Shown: positions 1-11,607, numbered from the whole stretch's first letter. The stretch is 62,684 bases of DNA, filler included, from Globobulimina sp. (GCA_003354225.1; 42 parts of 42 records of this genome joined end to end with filler, not necessarily neighbours in it); one strand, 5' to 3'. Notes: a model not told the origin generated them from the sequence alone. Program-made: numbers and translations.

Positions 1-1205
1 GTTTTTGTTGATGCTACACTCATTTCTTTTGATAAGTTTAAGTATAAGTTAAAATCACAGTTTCTTGGGATTAACGAGTTATATGAATTAGTAATTGACA
101 TATATTTAAAATCTTGATCTAATTTTTTTAATTTCATAGCAATATCATATAAATCTTTTGTTTCTCCTGATTGAGATACAAATAAGAAACCAGTTTTTCC
201 AGTTTTTGGTAAATCATATAATTCAAACTCTGACGCATTATAACAAAAACCATTTAGGTGAGTCATTTCTCTTAAAAATAATTCCCCCATCATTCCTGCG
301 TGATATGATGTTCCTGAACCAATAATGATTAAGTTATCTAAATTATCTATAATATTATGAAAGTTTTGGTCAAATATATTATGTTTACTTAATGTTCTTT
401 TAATTGATTCTGGTTGACCTAAGATTTCTTTTAATAACCAATGTTTATATGGAAATGGCGTTAATGCTGTTTTTACAGTCTCATCAACAGTCATTACTTT
501 ATATTGTTTTAACGCATCTATATTTACCGTATCTGTATTTGGATCATATTCTAATTTTACAATATCGCCATTATTTAACTCAATATATTCTGATGTTTTA
601 GTTGCGAATGTGTTGAAATCAGATGAAATATAATAAGCATTTTTTGTATAACCAATTAAACAAGGTGTTTCATTATTACATACATACATATTATATGGTT
701 CATCAAATTTAATAATACAAATAGTCCAACATCCTGTTAATCTTGAGAATGCTTTTTGTAATATACCTTCAAATGTTTTATCATCTAATATATCATACAT
801 ATAAGAAACTAAATTAACAACAACTTCTGAATCAGTTTGACCTCTAAATGTAATTCCTTGTTTTAATAATTCTTGTCTAATTTCATGAGTATTAGTAATA
901 ATACCATTATGAATTAACATAAATCTATCTTTCATATCTGTAAATGGATGCGTGTTTTCAACACATATACCACCATGAGTAGCCCATCTAGTATGACCCA
1001 TACCTACACAACTTTGAATATCTTTTACTCCATCTGTTAACATTTTATCTAAATTTGTTTCTAATGTTTTAATAATGTTAAACTTATCTGTTAAAGTACA
1101 GATACCTGCTGAATCGTATCCACGAGAACGCAATACATTTAATGTTTTTACTAAATATTGGAAGACTTTTGTCTTTGAACCCAAGTAAGCTGTAATTCCA
1201 CACAT
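1..1205 (-). CDS. glmS: Glutamine-fructose-6-phosphate aminotransferase (GFAT), 3' truncated by window edge; giant-virus-like
   Basis: Absent from the ORF track; manual translation from ATG at 1205 gives 401 open codons: MCGITAYLG (N-terminal catalytic Cys), RGYDSAG, GHTRWATHG, HPF, LIHNGII, QTDSEV, HWLLKEI, GSGTSYHAG, SQSGETKD, EMSVASTK. Intronless and very AT-rich. Confidence 0.95.
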   Translation of the reverse strand, partial: MCGITAYLGSKTKVFQYLVKTLNVLRSRGYDSAGICTLTDKFNIIKTLETNLDKMLTDGVKDIQSCVGMGHTRWATHGGICVENTHPFTDMKDRFMLIHNGIITNTHEIRQELLKQGITFRGQTDSEVVVNLVSYMYDILDDKTFEGILQKAFSRLTGCWTICIIKFDEPYNMYVCNNETPCLIGYTKNAYYISSDFNTFATKTSEYIELNNGDIVKLEYDPNTDTVNIDALKQYKVMTVDETVKTALTPFPYKHWLLKEILGQPESIKRTLSKHNIFDQNFHNIIDNLDNLIIIGSGTSYHAGMMGELFLREMTHLNGFCYNASEFELYDLPKTGKTGFLFVSQSGETKDLYDIAMKLKKLDQDFKYMSITNSYNSLIPRNCDFNLYLNLSKEMSVASTK

Positions 1206-1280
1206 AATTTATTTTATATAATATAATTATATTTAAAATAAATCTTAATAAAAAAAAAGATTTTTTATGTAATCAAAGAG

Positions 1281-1396
1281 TTATTGTCTTTTCAAATATT
1301 TTCCCAAATTCATAAAACTATCTAATAAAAATAATACGAATACACCAGTTAAAATATATATAGCAATATCTAACATTTCTTCTCTATTTTTTTGCT
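1281..1396 (-). CDS. C-terminus of a membrane-anchored hypothetical protein, giant-virus-like
   Basis: Reads QKNREEMLDIAIYILTGVFVLFLLDSFMNLGKYLKRQ-stop; C-terminal TM segment resembles, from memory, a conserved hypothetical protein of Imitervirales; 75 bp upstream of glmS. Confidence 0.6.
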
Positions 1397-1496
1397 NNNN
1401 NNNNNNNNNNNNNNNNNNNNNNNNNNNNNNNNNNNNNNNNTTAATTAATTAANNNNNNNNNNNNNNNNNNNNNNNNNNNNNNNNNNNNNNNNNNNN
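1397..1496. other. Artificial contig spacer (first of 41 identical copies, every ~1.49 kb)
   Basis: 44 N + TTAATTAATTAA (stops in all six frames) + 44 N, repeated throughout the window. Confidence 0.99.
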
Positions 1497-1530
1497 TCAT
1501 ATTAAACTGTATTTAAATTTCAATCTTATA

Positions 1531-1890
1531 ATGTGTCAATATAATTGCGTTTGCTTCGGAGATAATAATAATAAAAACAACGCATTTTGTTGCATTTATT
1601 GTGTAAATACGTTTTCAAATTATGCGGAATTGCGAAAACATGTTTTTGTGCATGAAGACCGTCCTTGTATTTGTAGTAAATGTCCAAGTGCATTTAAAAT
1701 GGGTAATCATTTGAAAAACCATAGAATCAACACAGCGGCGATGCAGCCGCAGCGTATAAATGTAATTTATGTTTGCAATTATTTAAATGTACAACATAAA
1801 AAAAAAACGTAAATGTTTCTAGGTATAAACGAAAAATACATCCGTCATTAGAAAAATACATTTGCTGCAAATCAAAATGAAACATCGAGA
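1531..1890 (+). pseudogene. Decayed C2H2 zinc-finger gene
   Basis: CIYCVNTFSNYAELRKHVFVH and CSKCPSAFKMGNHLKNHRI; the next finger (HSGD...YKCNLCLQLF) continues in another frame after ~1730 and meets stops. Confidence 0.6.
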
Positions 1891-1936
1891 AAAAAGTAAA
1901 TGGTCACCGTGAGATGAAGAGAAAATTGAAAGATAT

Positions 1937-2892
1937 TTACATATAATGTGTTGCAAATTTTCCTTCTTCATTATTCCGCTGACCACTCATTAATTGTTTA
2001 ATACAAATTGCCAATTTTTTAGCATCAGCAAATTTTTTAACACCTAATCCCCGGATATCTGCAGTAGTTAAATCTGGTAAATCTGTTCCAGATAACTCAA
2101 GTTTTCCAAATTGAATTGCTAACACTTCCATATATTTATTAAAATGACCACCATCTATGCCTTGTATCCATAATAATAATTTTTTATGATCCCATTCCAA
2201 AAATTGTGATTCATCCAAACTTTGAAATTCAAAATGTTCCAATTCTTTCTCTAAATTCATGATTGTTGTTTCCTGCTCTTTTTTATCATCCAATAATGCA
2301 TTTACTTGATTCTGAAATCAAAACAAACAAAAAATGGTATTTCGTACATGTTATTGTGTAATGTATATAATTATAACAATATATGTATAACTGCCAAATT
2401 ATTACTTTCTTCTATCAACGACAATGTAACCTATATACACATTAATTATAATTTGATGTAGCTCAGATTCCAAATGAAAAAAAAATACCTGTTCCATTCT
2501 TTTACTTTTTTTATCAAACAATCGCATTTGTTCCTGTCACAGAATAAATGTACTTATGATCATTCCGTTCCTTTTGAAATAATAGTAAAATATTCAAAGA
2601 CCAGTACCTGTAATGTACCACTTTTACGTCGAGCTTCTAAACATGCGGTTTGTGCAACTGCTGTTTCTTTCTTTTTTGCTACAAGTTTTTGTTTTGCTTC
2701 ATTTGCTCGATCAACATATTTTGCAATTGTATCATTACAATGTGAGATCTGTATTATTTATATAATAACATTCCGATCTGACAGTAGTCATAGCACATAA
2801 CTTGCTGTTGTAAATACGCATTATCTTTTTTTACCGCTTCCACTTTTTGAGCATGTGCTTGTTTTATTGTCGAAAATTCTTTTTTTTGTTTT
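1937..2892 (-). CDS. Coiled-coil protein with C-terminal SAM-like domain (5' partial, 5 exons)
   Basis: Exons 2892-2802, 2748-2608, 2533-2489, 2430-2392, 2311-1937 joined by four phase-0 GT-AG introns; last exon EWDHKKLLLWI...LSGTDLPDLTTADIRGLGVKKF is SAM-like. Confidence 0.8.
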
Positions 2893-2992
2893 NNNNNNNN
2901 NNNNNNNNNNNNNNNNNNNNNNNNNNNNNNNNNNNNTTAATTAATTAANNNNNNNNNNNNNNNNNNNNNNNNNNNNNNNNNNNNNNNNNNNN

Positions 2993-3593
2993 CTGTAATT
3001 ACGATCATTTTGAAAGCTTTTCTGTTCATTGAAAGTAATAAAATGAGCATCCATAAAATGCCAACTAATAAAATGAGAATAGCTATTCCAAAAAATACAG
3101 CTTTTCCTTGTTCCCCATCAGCTACGTCGGTATCTGCCAAATCCGCAGAATAATTCCACACAAATGCAAACATGGTAGAAACACTAAGGATGGAAAAAGC
3201 AAAGCCCCAATGATTTACAACTCGGATTATTTTTTCAGCTTTTTTTGGATAATGTTTGAACCATAAATGTAATAAAGTTTCATTTTCATAAAAATAATAC
3301 GTCAATTTATCCTTATTGCAGTGTTCCCCTTGGTCAATATCTGTGGGTGAAACAACTGGCACTGTTGTAGCTACTGATTGTTTTTGATGAATAGATTGCA
3401 AACTATAATATAAATCATTGCGTTGTTTCTGCGTCAAGTAACTTGATTTGATTATGTTTTCAATTATTTCTGCAGTTCCTCCGATATTATTGATCAATAT
3501 GTTTAGTTGCTCTGCACTAAGTTCATTGTATTTGTTAGAGTTACAAAGATCTTCGTGCAACAACGAAATTCTATCGATATCTATATCTGACAT
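2993..3593 (-). CDS. Hypothetical multi-pass membrane protein (3' partial)
   Basis: Open frame to contig edge with two hydrophobic segments near the end. Confidence 0.6.
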
Positions 3594-3676
3594 TCTGACT
3601 CGTTATTCGTTTCTTGTAAGTAAGCAAATGTGAAGTAAAAAAAGTTGAATTGAAAAATCTTAAATCTTTAATTGTT

Positions 3677-4388
3677 TCAATACGGACAAAACTCACGTTT
3701 TTCATCAAACAATGGATGTATTTTGATATCCGGGTGTTTCCATGCATAATTTAGAAAGTCAACAATATGATCGACAGATTGATTATGATAAAAAGTACGT
3801 GCTTTATGATGATCTCTCGCATGTAAACAAATGCCAATATCCGTAAACACAGCGGCAACATTATCGACATGTTCCTTCCATCTCGGTATTCCATGAACAA
3901 ATGCATACCAAATTGCCATGGGATTTATAATATATTTTTTAGGATTTGTTGGTGGATTATCATCAGATACACAAGCATGTCTTTCTAAAAATGAATTAAA
4001 ATAAGTATGACAGCCTAAATGCTCTGGGCAGGTTGTCGCCAATTTGCATTTTAACACAAACATATTGACATGTTTATGTTTAATGTTTTCATTTATATGA
4101 TTTATGACATCAACGACAGTGATAAATTGTTTTGGTGGTATCAAATATTCATCGACATCAATAATTGCTATGTAATCATTGTCATATTTGAACCGATTCA
4201 AACACGAATTGATGAATGAATATTGAAATATCCATGGTACGCTGTATGGAAATGGCCAAGAAACGTATGTGACTTTTCCGCCATGCTTTACATAATAATA
4301 TATTGCATCCCATATAAATTTATCTGACGGATCTCTATCGCCATGGATATGATCGTAGATATAAAAATGCTGAAAGCCCATTATTTTG
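3677..4388 (-). CDS. Glycosyltransferase family 92 (DUF23)-like, 5' partial
   Basis: GFQHFYIYDH, YVSWPF, Q..FINSCLNRFK, YIAIIDVDEYLIP (DxD), KYIINP, VH motifs. Confidence 0.8.
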
Positions 4389-4818
4389 NNNNNNNNNNNN
4401 NNNNNNNNNNNNNNNNNNNNNNNNNNNNNNNNTTAATTAATTAANNNNNNNNNNNNNNNNNNNNNNNNNNNNNNNNNNNNNNNNNNNNGTAGGTCGTGCT
4501 CCGGGGGGAAGTTGTCCAGGAGCGTGCAATAAATAATTAATTGTAGACGTTCATGTGAGCGTTTTATTAGAATGGTTTAATGTTTAGAGGTACGGTATTG
4601 AAAATTTCTTGTTAAAAATAATAAAATTTAATTTTTTACGAAAAGAAAACACCAAATTTAGTAAACAATATGGAATAATCGGAAGGAAAACACCGAAAAT
4701 ATAGATTTTATTGAACTATAAAGAAGAATCGAAAAGGAAACACCAAAAAAATTGATTTTATTTGACAATAAAGAAGAATCAGAAACTAATCACCAAGAAA
4801 TCACTGTTGGTGGAATTC

Positions 4819-5277
4819 TTATTGTTGAGGTGGACTGCCGATTCCGGGTTCTCCAACTCCCACATCATCCAGAGAAACGGCTTCAGGTATGAGGAAGTAG
4901 AGGGCGAACTGTGGGGTCCGAGTTAACATGTCTTTGATCTGGAATGGTACCATTTTTGTGTCCAGTCCGTCGTACAATAAAGAGTTTCCTTTCCAATTTA
5001 TAATGGCTGTGAAATGTCCAGTTGTTCCAGGTCGTTTGCTTCCATGATACATAGTTATAGCCACCAGACGATATACTTCATAATTTTGTCCAATTCGATG
5101 AATTTTAGCTGGAAGATTGTGGAAACACTCTTCGATGGTACCATAATTTTCGATGTCCAATGGCAACATCCATGGACTGAATTTGGCGGCTCGATTGAAT
5201 TGCATATTGGTTCTTGTCCGATTTGCCGCACATGCAAAGGTTGGAACACTGAAAGGAACAAATTGCTGCGGTAACAT
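4819..5277 (-). CDS. Fragment with USP/papain-like protease His-box, possibly transposon cargo
   Basis: YRLVAITMYHG...GHFTAII...LLYDGL resembles the His/Asp box of ubiquitin-specific proteases; no Cys-box seen. Confidence 0.45.
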   Translation of the reverse strand: MLPQQFVPFSVPTFACAANRTRTNMQFNRAAKFSPWMLPLDIENYGTIEECFHNLPAKIHRIGQNYEVYRLVAITMYHGSKRPGTTGHFTAIINWKGNSLLYDGLDTKMVPFQIKDMLTRTPQFALYFLIPEAVSLDDVGVGEPGIGSPPQQ

Positions 5278-5475
5278 AAATTTTGATATTATTATATATG
5301 GTTTTGCTGGTGCTTGGTTATTTCAGGATCTTGGAAATTGATGTGGAGATTTATTGGTAATGGATAAAACGTAAATTATGCAAAAAAAATCCGAAAAAAC
5401 ATGTCTCTATGACACCAGGTCAGTATAAAAGTGAGACATTGTAACACTTGAAATTTTCGTTTGGGTTTCAAATTG

Positions 5476-5884
5476 TGACTGAGACTTCCGCCGTGCACGG
5501 ATTCGGCTAAAAATTCGCATGGTGGTACGTTCGTTCAACAAGTACACTTGTGCGAAATTTCAGCGAAATTCGTTCGCGGCGAAATTCAAATTCGTTCGCG
5601 GGGGTTTTTTGGGGATTTTGACCGAAAATTTTTGGCGAATTTTGACTGAGACTTCCGCCGCGAACGGATTCGGCTGAAATTTCGTATGTTGGTACGTTCG
5701 TACAACAAGTACACTTGTGCGAAATTTGAGCGAAATTCGTTCGCGGGGGGTTTTGGGGGATTTTGACCGAAAATTTTTGGCGAATTTTGACTGTGATTTC
5801 CGCCGTGCACGGATTCGGCTGAAAATTCGCATGGTGGTACGTTCGTACAACAAGTACACTTGTGCGAAATTTCAGCGAAATTCG
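5476..5884. repeat. GC-richer tandem repeat (satellite-like), units of 167 and 145 bp, runs into contig end
   Basis: TGACTG(A/T)GA(C/T)TTCCGCCG starts at 5476, 5643 and 5788; internal dyads ACAAGT-AC-ACTTGT and GTACG-TT-CGTAC. Confidence 0.9.
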
Positions 5885-5984
5885 NNNNNNNNNNNNNNNN
5901 NNNNNNNNNNNNNNNNNNNNNNNNNNNNTTAATTAATTAANNNNNNNNNNNNNNNNNNNNNNNNNNNNNNNNNNNNNNNNNNNN

Positions 5985-6650
5985 AATTGACGATTTTTTC
6001 TTGGAATATGATTCATAAAATGTGCTTTCAAATCTTTTTTAATTCGAAACTGTTTTTTGCATAATCTGCATACAAATGGATTACAAACAGGCGTTTCCAA
6101 ATGGAACCTCTTAATATGTCTTCTTAATGACGATGGATCACTGCATTTTAGTAAACAATACGAACATTTCTCGTCTTTACTCCGTGAATGTATTCGAGCT
6201 ATTTATATTTGAGAAACTAATCAAGAAATTTCCAGAAAAAAAAGAAAAGCAAAACAAACCATGAATTTTTCTGTCCCATGAACTGCCAAAACATTTATCA
6301 CAGCCATTCTGACCACATTTATACGGTTTATTATGTCTTTTGATATGTCGATTTAACGTTTTTTGTGACTTAAATGATTTATTACATCCATTAAACTCGC
6401 ATTTAAATGATTGATGTACAAAAATAATCGAATTGTCCTTTGGTGGATTATTTAATAATGTTTTTTGATATATTTTACACATTTTTTTATGATCAACTAT
6501 TTGTTTTCTGGTTAAAAATATCAAATAACAATCTCGACAACAAATGATTGTTTGACATAATTTCCTATGCATTATTAAAGACTGCTTATCCCGAAGCACG
6601 GATTGATTGCATTTTGGACATGTTACTGTATTATCTGTTTGCGGTTCAAT
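5985..6650 (-). CDS. Multi-C2H2 zinc-finger protein (start uncertain, 3' partial)
   Basis: FKCEFNGCNKSFKSQKTLNRHIKRHNKPYKC; intron 6259-6199 (GT-AG) restores HARIH and further fingers CSYC...RRHIKRFH and CRLC...AHFMNH. Confidence 0.85.
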
Positions 6651-6903
6651 GGGGATGCTCAGCGGCGGGACACTGATTTTGGTTCGTTCTACATTGCAAT
6701 GGTGATAATGACGACGGTGTGAACATCGTGTATTTAATACACGATATACGACTGAGTGATTGCGCTATTGTGAGGATAGACTGTTTAAATTAAATTAATG
6801 AACTTGTTTCCTAGTCTACCGAAGCAATGTTCTAAATGCTAAATGTGACTAATAATTATTTTAAAAAAAAACTGTATTTTGCCTAAACTTCACTTCAGTC
6901 AGC

Positions 6904-7380
6904 ATGTCGTCGTTTTGTTTGCCACACATCTTATTAACTATTTTCCTATCCACATCGCAAAGTGCATCAACATTTTTTGATTTATTCCGGAAAGATTGCG
7001 CTAAATTAAGCAATGAAAAGACGTTCGATGAAGGAATTGATCATTGGAGCTCTTTATTTAGAAATGATTCAATCATTGAAATGAATGACAGAGTTCCGTT
7101 CCAATAAAACTTGTAACAAATAAATAACCACACACCGCACATATAGGTATTTGAAGGCAGCCGCGAAATCGATGCATATTTTGCAATGCACAAATCGACA
7201 TTTCGTCGGATTCAGTTCGATGTCATTGGTGAAAATACCATTGAATCAGCAGACGGCATATTGTCCATAACATTGTACGCAACCTATGTCCCTCGCGAAT
7301 ATTTGGGTTGTTCCTCAATGATGCGATGGTTAGCCATCTTTTGGTACGATGCGGACCGAAAAATAAAGAAAATGTTACTG
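6904..7380 (+). CDS. Secreted SnoaL/NTF2-like fold protein (2 exons, 3' partial)
   Basis: Signal-peptide-like N-terminus; phase-0 intron 7093-7146 joins the two ORFs giving WSSLFRNDSIIEMNDRVFEGSREIDAYF...FWYDADRKIKK, a SnoaL-like pattern. Confidence 0.55.
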
Positions 7381-7517
7381 NNNNNNNNNNNNNNNNNNNN
7401 NNNNNNNNNNNNNNNNNNNNNNNNTTAATTAATTAANNNNNNNNNNNNNNNNNNNNNNNNNNNNNNNNNNNNNNNNNNNNAACAATGTTAAAAAAGTTGT
7501 GTGAGAGTTGCAAGTCA

Positions 7518-8477
7518 TTAAGACATAGAAATGAAATCACCAATGCGATCCTGAAACCATTGTTGAATATTTGGCCATTGCTCATATATTAAAGGAGGTG
7601 TCTTTTTTTTTAGTCCACCCGACATTAACATTATTGTAATCGCAGGATTTTTAAATATTATTTGTAAGGGCATGACATTATTGCACCACTTTCGCATAGC
7701 AAACCAATATTGTTTACCAGATTTGTCATGATTTATATAAATGTCTTCTCCAATAAATAAATATAATTCATCGCAAAATATTTTTTCAATTTTGGGCAAT
7801 TGTTTTTTTAAATGTGTAATTCCAATGAGATCTGCGCCCAAATGAATGTTCATGCCATCAAAACCAATCTGCAATTGGGCCACTTCCAATATTTCCAAAC
7901 AATTATGACGAATGCTAAATAATTGAGGGATGCATAAATGTTTTAATGTCACGAACTTTGATAATTGTAAAAAAAATGCAGATATAAACGATTCATAAGA
8001 TAACGACCCACAAGATTTAAAATCGATTTTATTCAATTTTTTTAAGTGTGGTAAATATGATGGATTTATCGCAGTGGATGGGAATTTAATTGCTTTTCTT
8101 TTCTTTTTCTTTTTCTTTTCCTTTTCTACACTGTCTGTGTCTGTGTCTGTGTATCGTTCCATTATTTTTAATATCATTGATTCAGAATCTTTTTCCCCCT
8201 CAATATCAACTTCAAAATTTATTCTTAACGTTTCAATGTTTTGTGCACAAATTAAGATTGGCATTAAGTTACTGTCATCAATCTGTTATTATTTTGCATT
8301 TGTAATTAATTGCACAAAATCTATAATTAATCTATATAGCTAAACTGGAATAGATTCAGAAATAACCACATTCTTCCATGATTTTGAAACTTCACCATAA
8401 AACTCTGTACAACAGCAAGCAATGCAAATCAGACAAGAAGTATCTAAATAATCCCATAACCATTCAAGGACATGCAT
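7518..8477 (-). CDS. F-box-like / LRR-like hypothetical protein (2 exons)
   Basis: ATG 8477 (MHVLEWLWDYLDTSCLICIACCCTEFY, F-box-like); a 63-nt phase-0 intron 8345-8283 removes the in-frame stops and joins to ORF 7518-8264. Confidence 0.6.
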
Positions 8478-8540
8478 GCTTACTCAAACTGAACCAGGTT
8501 TTCTGCTTCTTGGATATTCTTGCATTAGTTCGCTAGCATA

Positions 8541-8876
8541 ATGTACCGAGGAAGAAGAGGAAAGCCAAAGGATCCTCCAACCGTTGCAATAAAAAAAGCA
8601 AAGGAATTATTAGAAAAGAAAAAACATGAAAACGCCCATAATGTATTATTTGAAACTATTTCATATCGCCATCGCGCGCAGTTTGATCTAACATTTGAAG
8701 AAGCCATGAAATTATATATTGATGTCGGCGTATCCATTTTAAAAAGTTGTAAAGAGGGATTCCTTCATTACAGGTCATTGGTGCAACAAGTTAATAATAT
8801 TAATAATTATTTACTTGATTTGCTGACTAAATAAACATATAAATATAAATAAATAAATATAAATAGAATCATCCGC
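8541..8876 (+). CDS. EIF3A: Translation initiation factor eIF3 subunit A, N-terminal part
   Basis: AIKKAKELL...AHNVLFETISYRHR...EEAMKLYIDVGV...KEGFLHYRSLVQQ matches the eIF3a N-terminal pattern; intron 8790-8866. Confidence 0.7.
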
Positions 8877-9477
8877 NNNNNNNNNNNNNNNNNNNNNNNN
8901 NNNNNNNNNNNNNNNNNNNNTTAATTAATTAANNNNNNNNNNNNNNNNNNNNNNNNNNNNNNNNNNNNNNNNNNNNCGAATCATCAACAAGTTTTACATC
9001 AACAGTGACAGATATTTTGTTGAATGTTAATATGAACATAAAATATATCAATCAATTGTTGCTAAGATTATCTAATCATGATTTAAATTCAAAAAACGCG
9101 ATAAAAAGTAATTTGCAACATATGACGAAAGGGAGCTATAATAAGTCTCAACAAATAGATTCTTTGTTAAGCTTAGATATAAAGATTTGTTACGATATCA
9201 AACAATGGACAAAGTCTCTCGGATATCAGTGGAAATATGTTATGTATTGTTGAGTTTACCTATCTATCCAACCCTCCAAGTCAAAAACTTCAAAAACTTC
9301 ACCATATCAACACTTGCACTACACCGCTGTTTTCCGTTTCCATCAATTAACCACATATTATTCAAAAATTCCAATCAAGACAAATTGCAAAAAGATCACA
9401 GCCGTGATTATCTCACAAATGCTGGGCGTGATGTGTGAAGCTATCAAATGTGTCATAATAGCGATTATTTGTAGACA

Positions 9478-10200
9478 AATGCGATACGACCATAGCAACA
9501 GCAGTAAGAGTGCGGCGGCGATGAAGCGCGACAATGACAATAATAACAATAAGAAGAAGAATGAGATGGACGATCGGGAGGAGTTAGAACATCGAAATCA
9601 GGCCATCCGATACTTAGTGTATTGCATCGAAAAAGGACACGAAAAGTCGAAGGATGCTGCGATCCACAATTATTTGATCAGTTTGTATTGCAAACAGAAA
9701 TCAGAGAAGGAGTTATTGCGATTTATTGAGCGCTGCGACTCTGTCACCAAGAATGGAAGAATCGGAGTTGCGTCGAATTGTATGTCATTATGAGACTGTA
9801 TGAGGAGGCCATCCGTTTGGCGCTGACTATCCCGTATAACCACTACAAGAAAATCGCGTGTTCAGTGCGCAGCGATAAGAGCGAGGAGAAGCGGCTGTGG
9901 CTCATTATTGCGCTCCATGTGGTGAATAAGTTGGAGAGCGACGAAATCAATCAAGTTTTACGCATCATTTCCGAGTCCGGATGCTTGTCCATCGAGGACA
10001 TCTTGCCGCATTTAAAGGATTTTACAGAGATTGTGCCCTTTAAAAAAGACATTAAACAGTCGATCTTTGGCGAAGTACGCAGCAAATCCAAAAGTTGCAA
10101 AAGGAAATGGATAATTATACGGACAATGCACAGGAAATAAGGAAGGACACAAAACAATTATTGCTGCGCTCGTCGATGATTACATCGAATCGGAAATGCG
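9478..10200 (+). pseudogene. VPS18: Vps18/Pep3 (HOPS/CORVET) C-terminal fragment with frameshifts
   Basis: NQAIRYL.YCI...AIHNYLISLY, LYEEAIRLAL, KRLWLIIA.HVV, LSIEDILP..DF..I..FK.DI; split over frames near 9740-9780 and ~10065. Confidence 0.75.
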
Positions 10201-10537
10201 ACTTTCGCATCGATCATTTATAGACTGTGTTCTCGCAAATATTCTTTTTGTATTTTCTTTGTTTTTATCATCACAAACTGTAAAATATACGAATAAAATA
10301 AAAAAGCAAACAAAAAGTATAATAAATGATTATGTTTTATGATTTCATACTGATTCAAATGTTAATATATCANNNNNNNNNNNNNNNNNNNNNNNNNNNN
10401 NNNNNNNNNNNNNNNNTTAATTAATTAANNNNNNNNNNNNNNNNNNNNNNNNNNNNNNNNNNNNNNNNNNNNAAAATCTGAGATGGCATTGATTTGAAAG
10501 CATAAGTTATAATATATTATATTGCATGAATTGTACA

Positions 10538-11172
10538 CTGTGATTATAAATAATGAATGTGATGGCACTCAAAAATTGCGTGATGTCCGTCATTGTAATA
10601 ATTTCGTGGCTATTTGCAGGCTCTGTAAGTGTATAAATGTATAATTCGACAATTTTGCATGTTTTTTAGTTTCAAACTATAGATATCTGTGTTATGATTG
10701 GTTGTTTGGTGGCAATTTAATCATAGCACCGAGTTACGGCGATAATGTCGTGGATTGTTATTAATATTTGTTGCTGTTTAATCATTATTTACTCACTTTT
10801 TGGTGTTTGTCTTTTTAAAAATGCGTTCTTATACAATCTCGAACACGTCGTACAGCGTAGTTTTTTGTTCCCAGCTACTTCCGCGGACTTATTTAATTGT
10901 AGTTTTTTACGGTTGTCGTTAATTTTCTTTTGTTCTTGTAATTCGACTATAAACTCCTCCTTTTTATGCCCCATTGGATTAGTATGCGTATTAAATTTAC
11001 GTGGTTTGTTATTGTGTTTTGTTTGAATATTTAATTGTTATTATTATTGCGATTATGCGTATTGCTTTGTAGCGTACGTCATATATTTCTATCTAATAAA
11101 TGCGCCATATTTAATTAAGTGCATTGCGTGATCATTTTTGAGTGTTATCACATCCATAATTTATAATCACAG
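10538..11172. mobile_element. Degenerate inverted-repeat-bounded element (MITE-like)
   Basis: 39-bp inverted repeat with 4 mismatches at 10538-10576 and 11134-11172; weaker similarity extends outward. Confidence 0.55.
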
Positions 11173-11607
11173 CGCATGTGCAATGCATATGACATTACTA
11201 ATATATGCTTATATATCGTATTTGAATCAGTGACTATACTAAACTGCGATGGTGGCAATGCAAGGTATACGTGGCAAAATAACTAAATACTTTTGAAGTG
11301 AAGTTAGTATATACTCAGATTTAACAAGCAATGAATAATTTCATCGTAGCTCATCATTCCCCCTATTCAAATATTAATTCATTTTCTTTCCGATAGCAAA
11401 AATAACAAATTAATCCAACCGCAAGAAATAGAAAAGTGCTGATAGGGATCATAAATATTTGCATTCACAAAAGACCATCGATATAATGTACCAATGCGTA
11501 CAACTGTACATAGCAAAAAACATGCAACATTTGCTTGGAAATTCAAAACCATTAAAAAATAGTATACCAGAAATATAAACAACGCAAAGCAAAAACTAAA
11601 AAAAAAC

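Noticed and set aside
404-601. 65-aa plus-strand ORF and similar short antisense ORFs elsewhere
   Set aside because: Shadow frames of well-supported genes on the opposite strand.
5560-5932. ORFs over the satellite
   Set aside because: Translations simply repeat the DNA unit in several frames.
8283-8345. Alternative genetic code (in-frame TAA/TAG readthrough)
   Set aside because: The stops fall in a 63-nt GT-AG intron; tubulin and DPY30 end at TAA and TGG encodes Trp.
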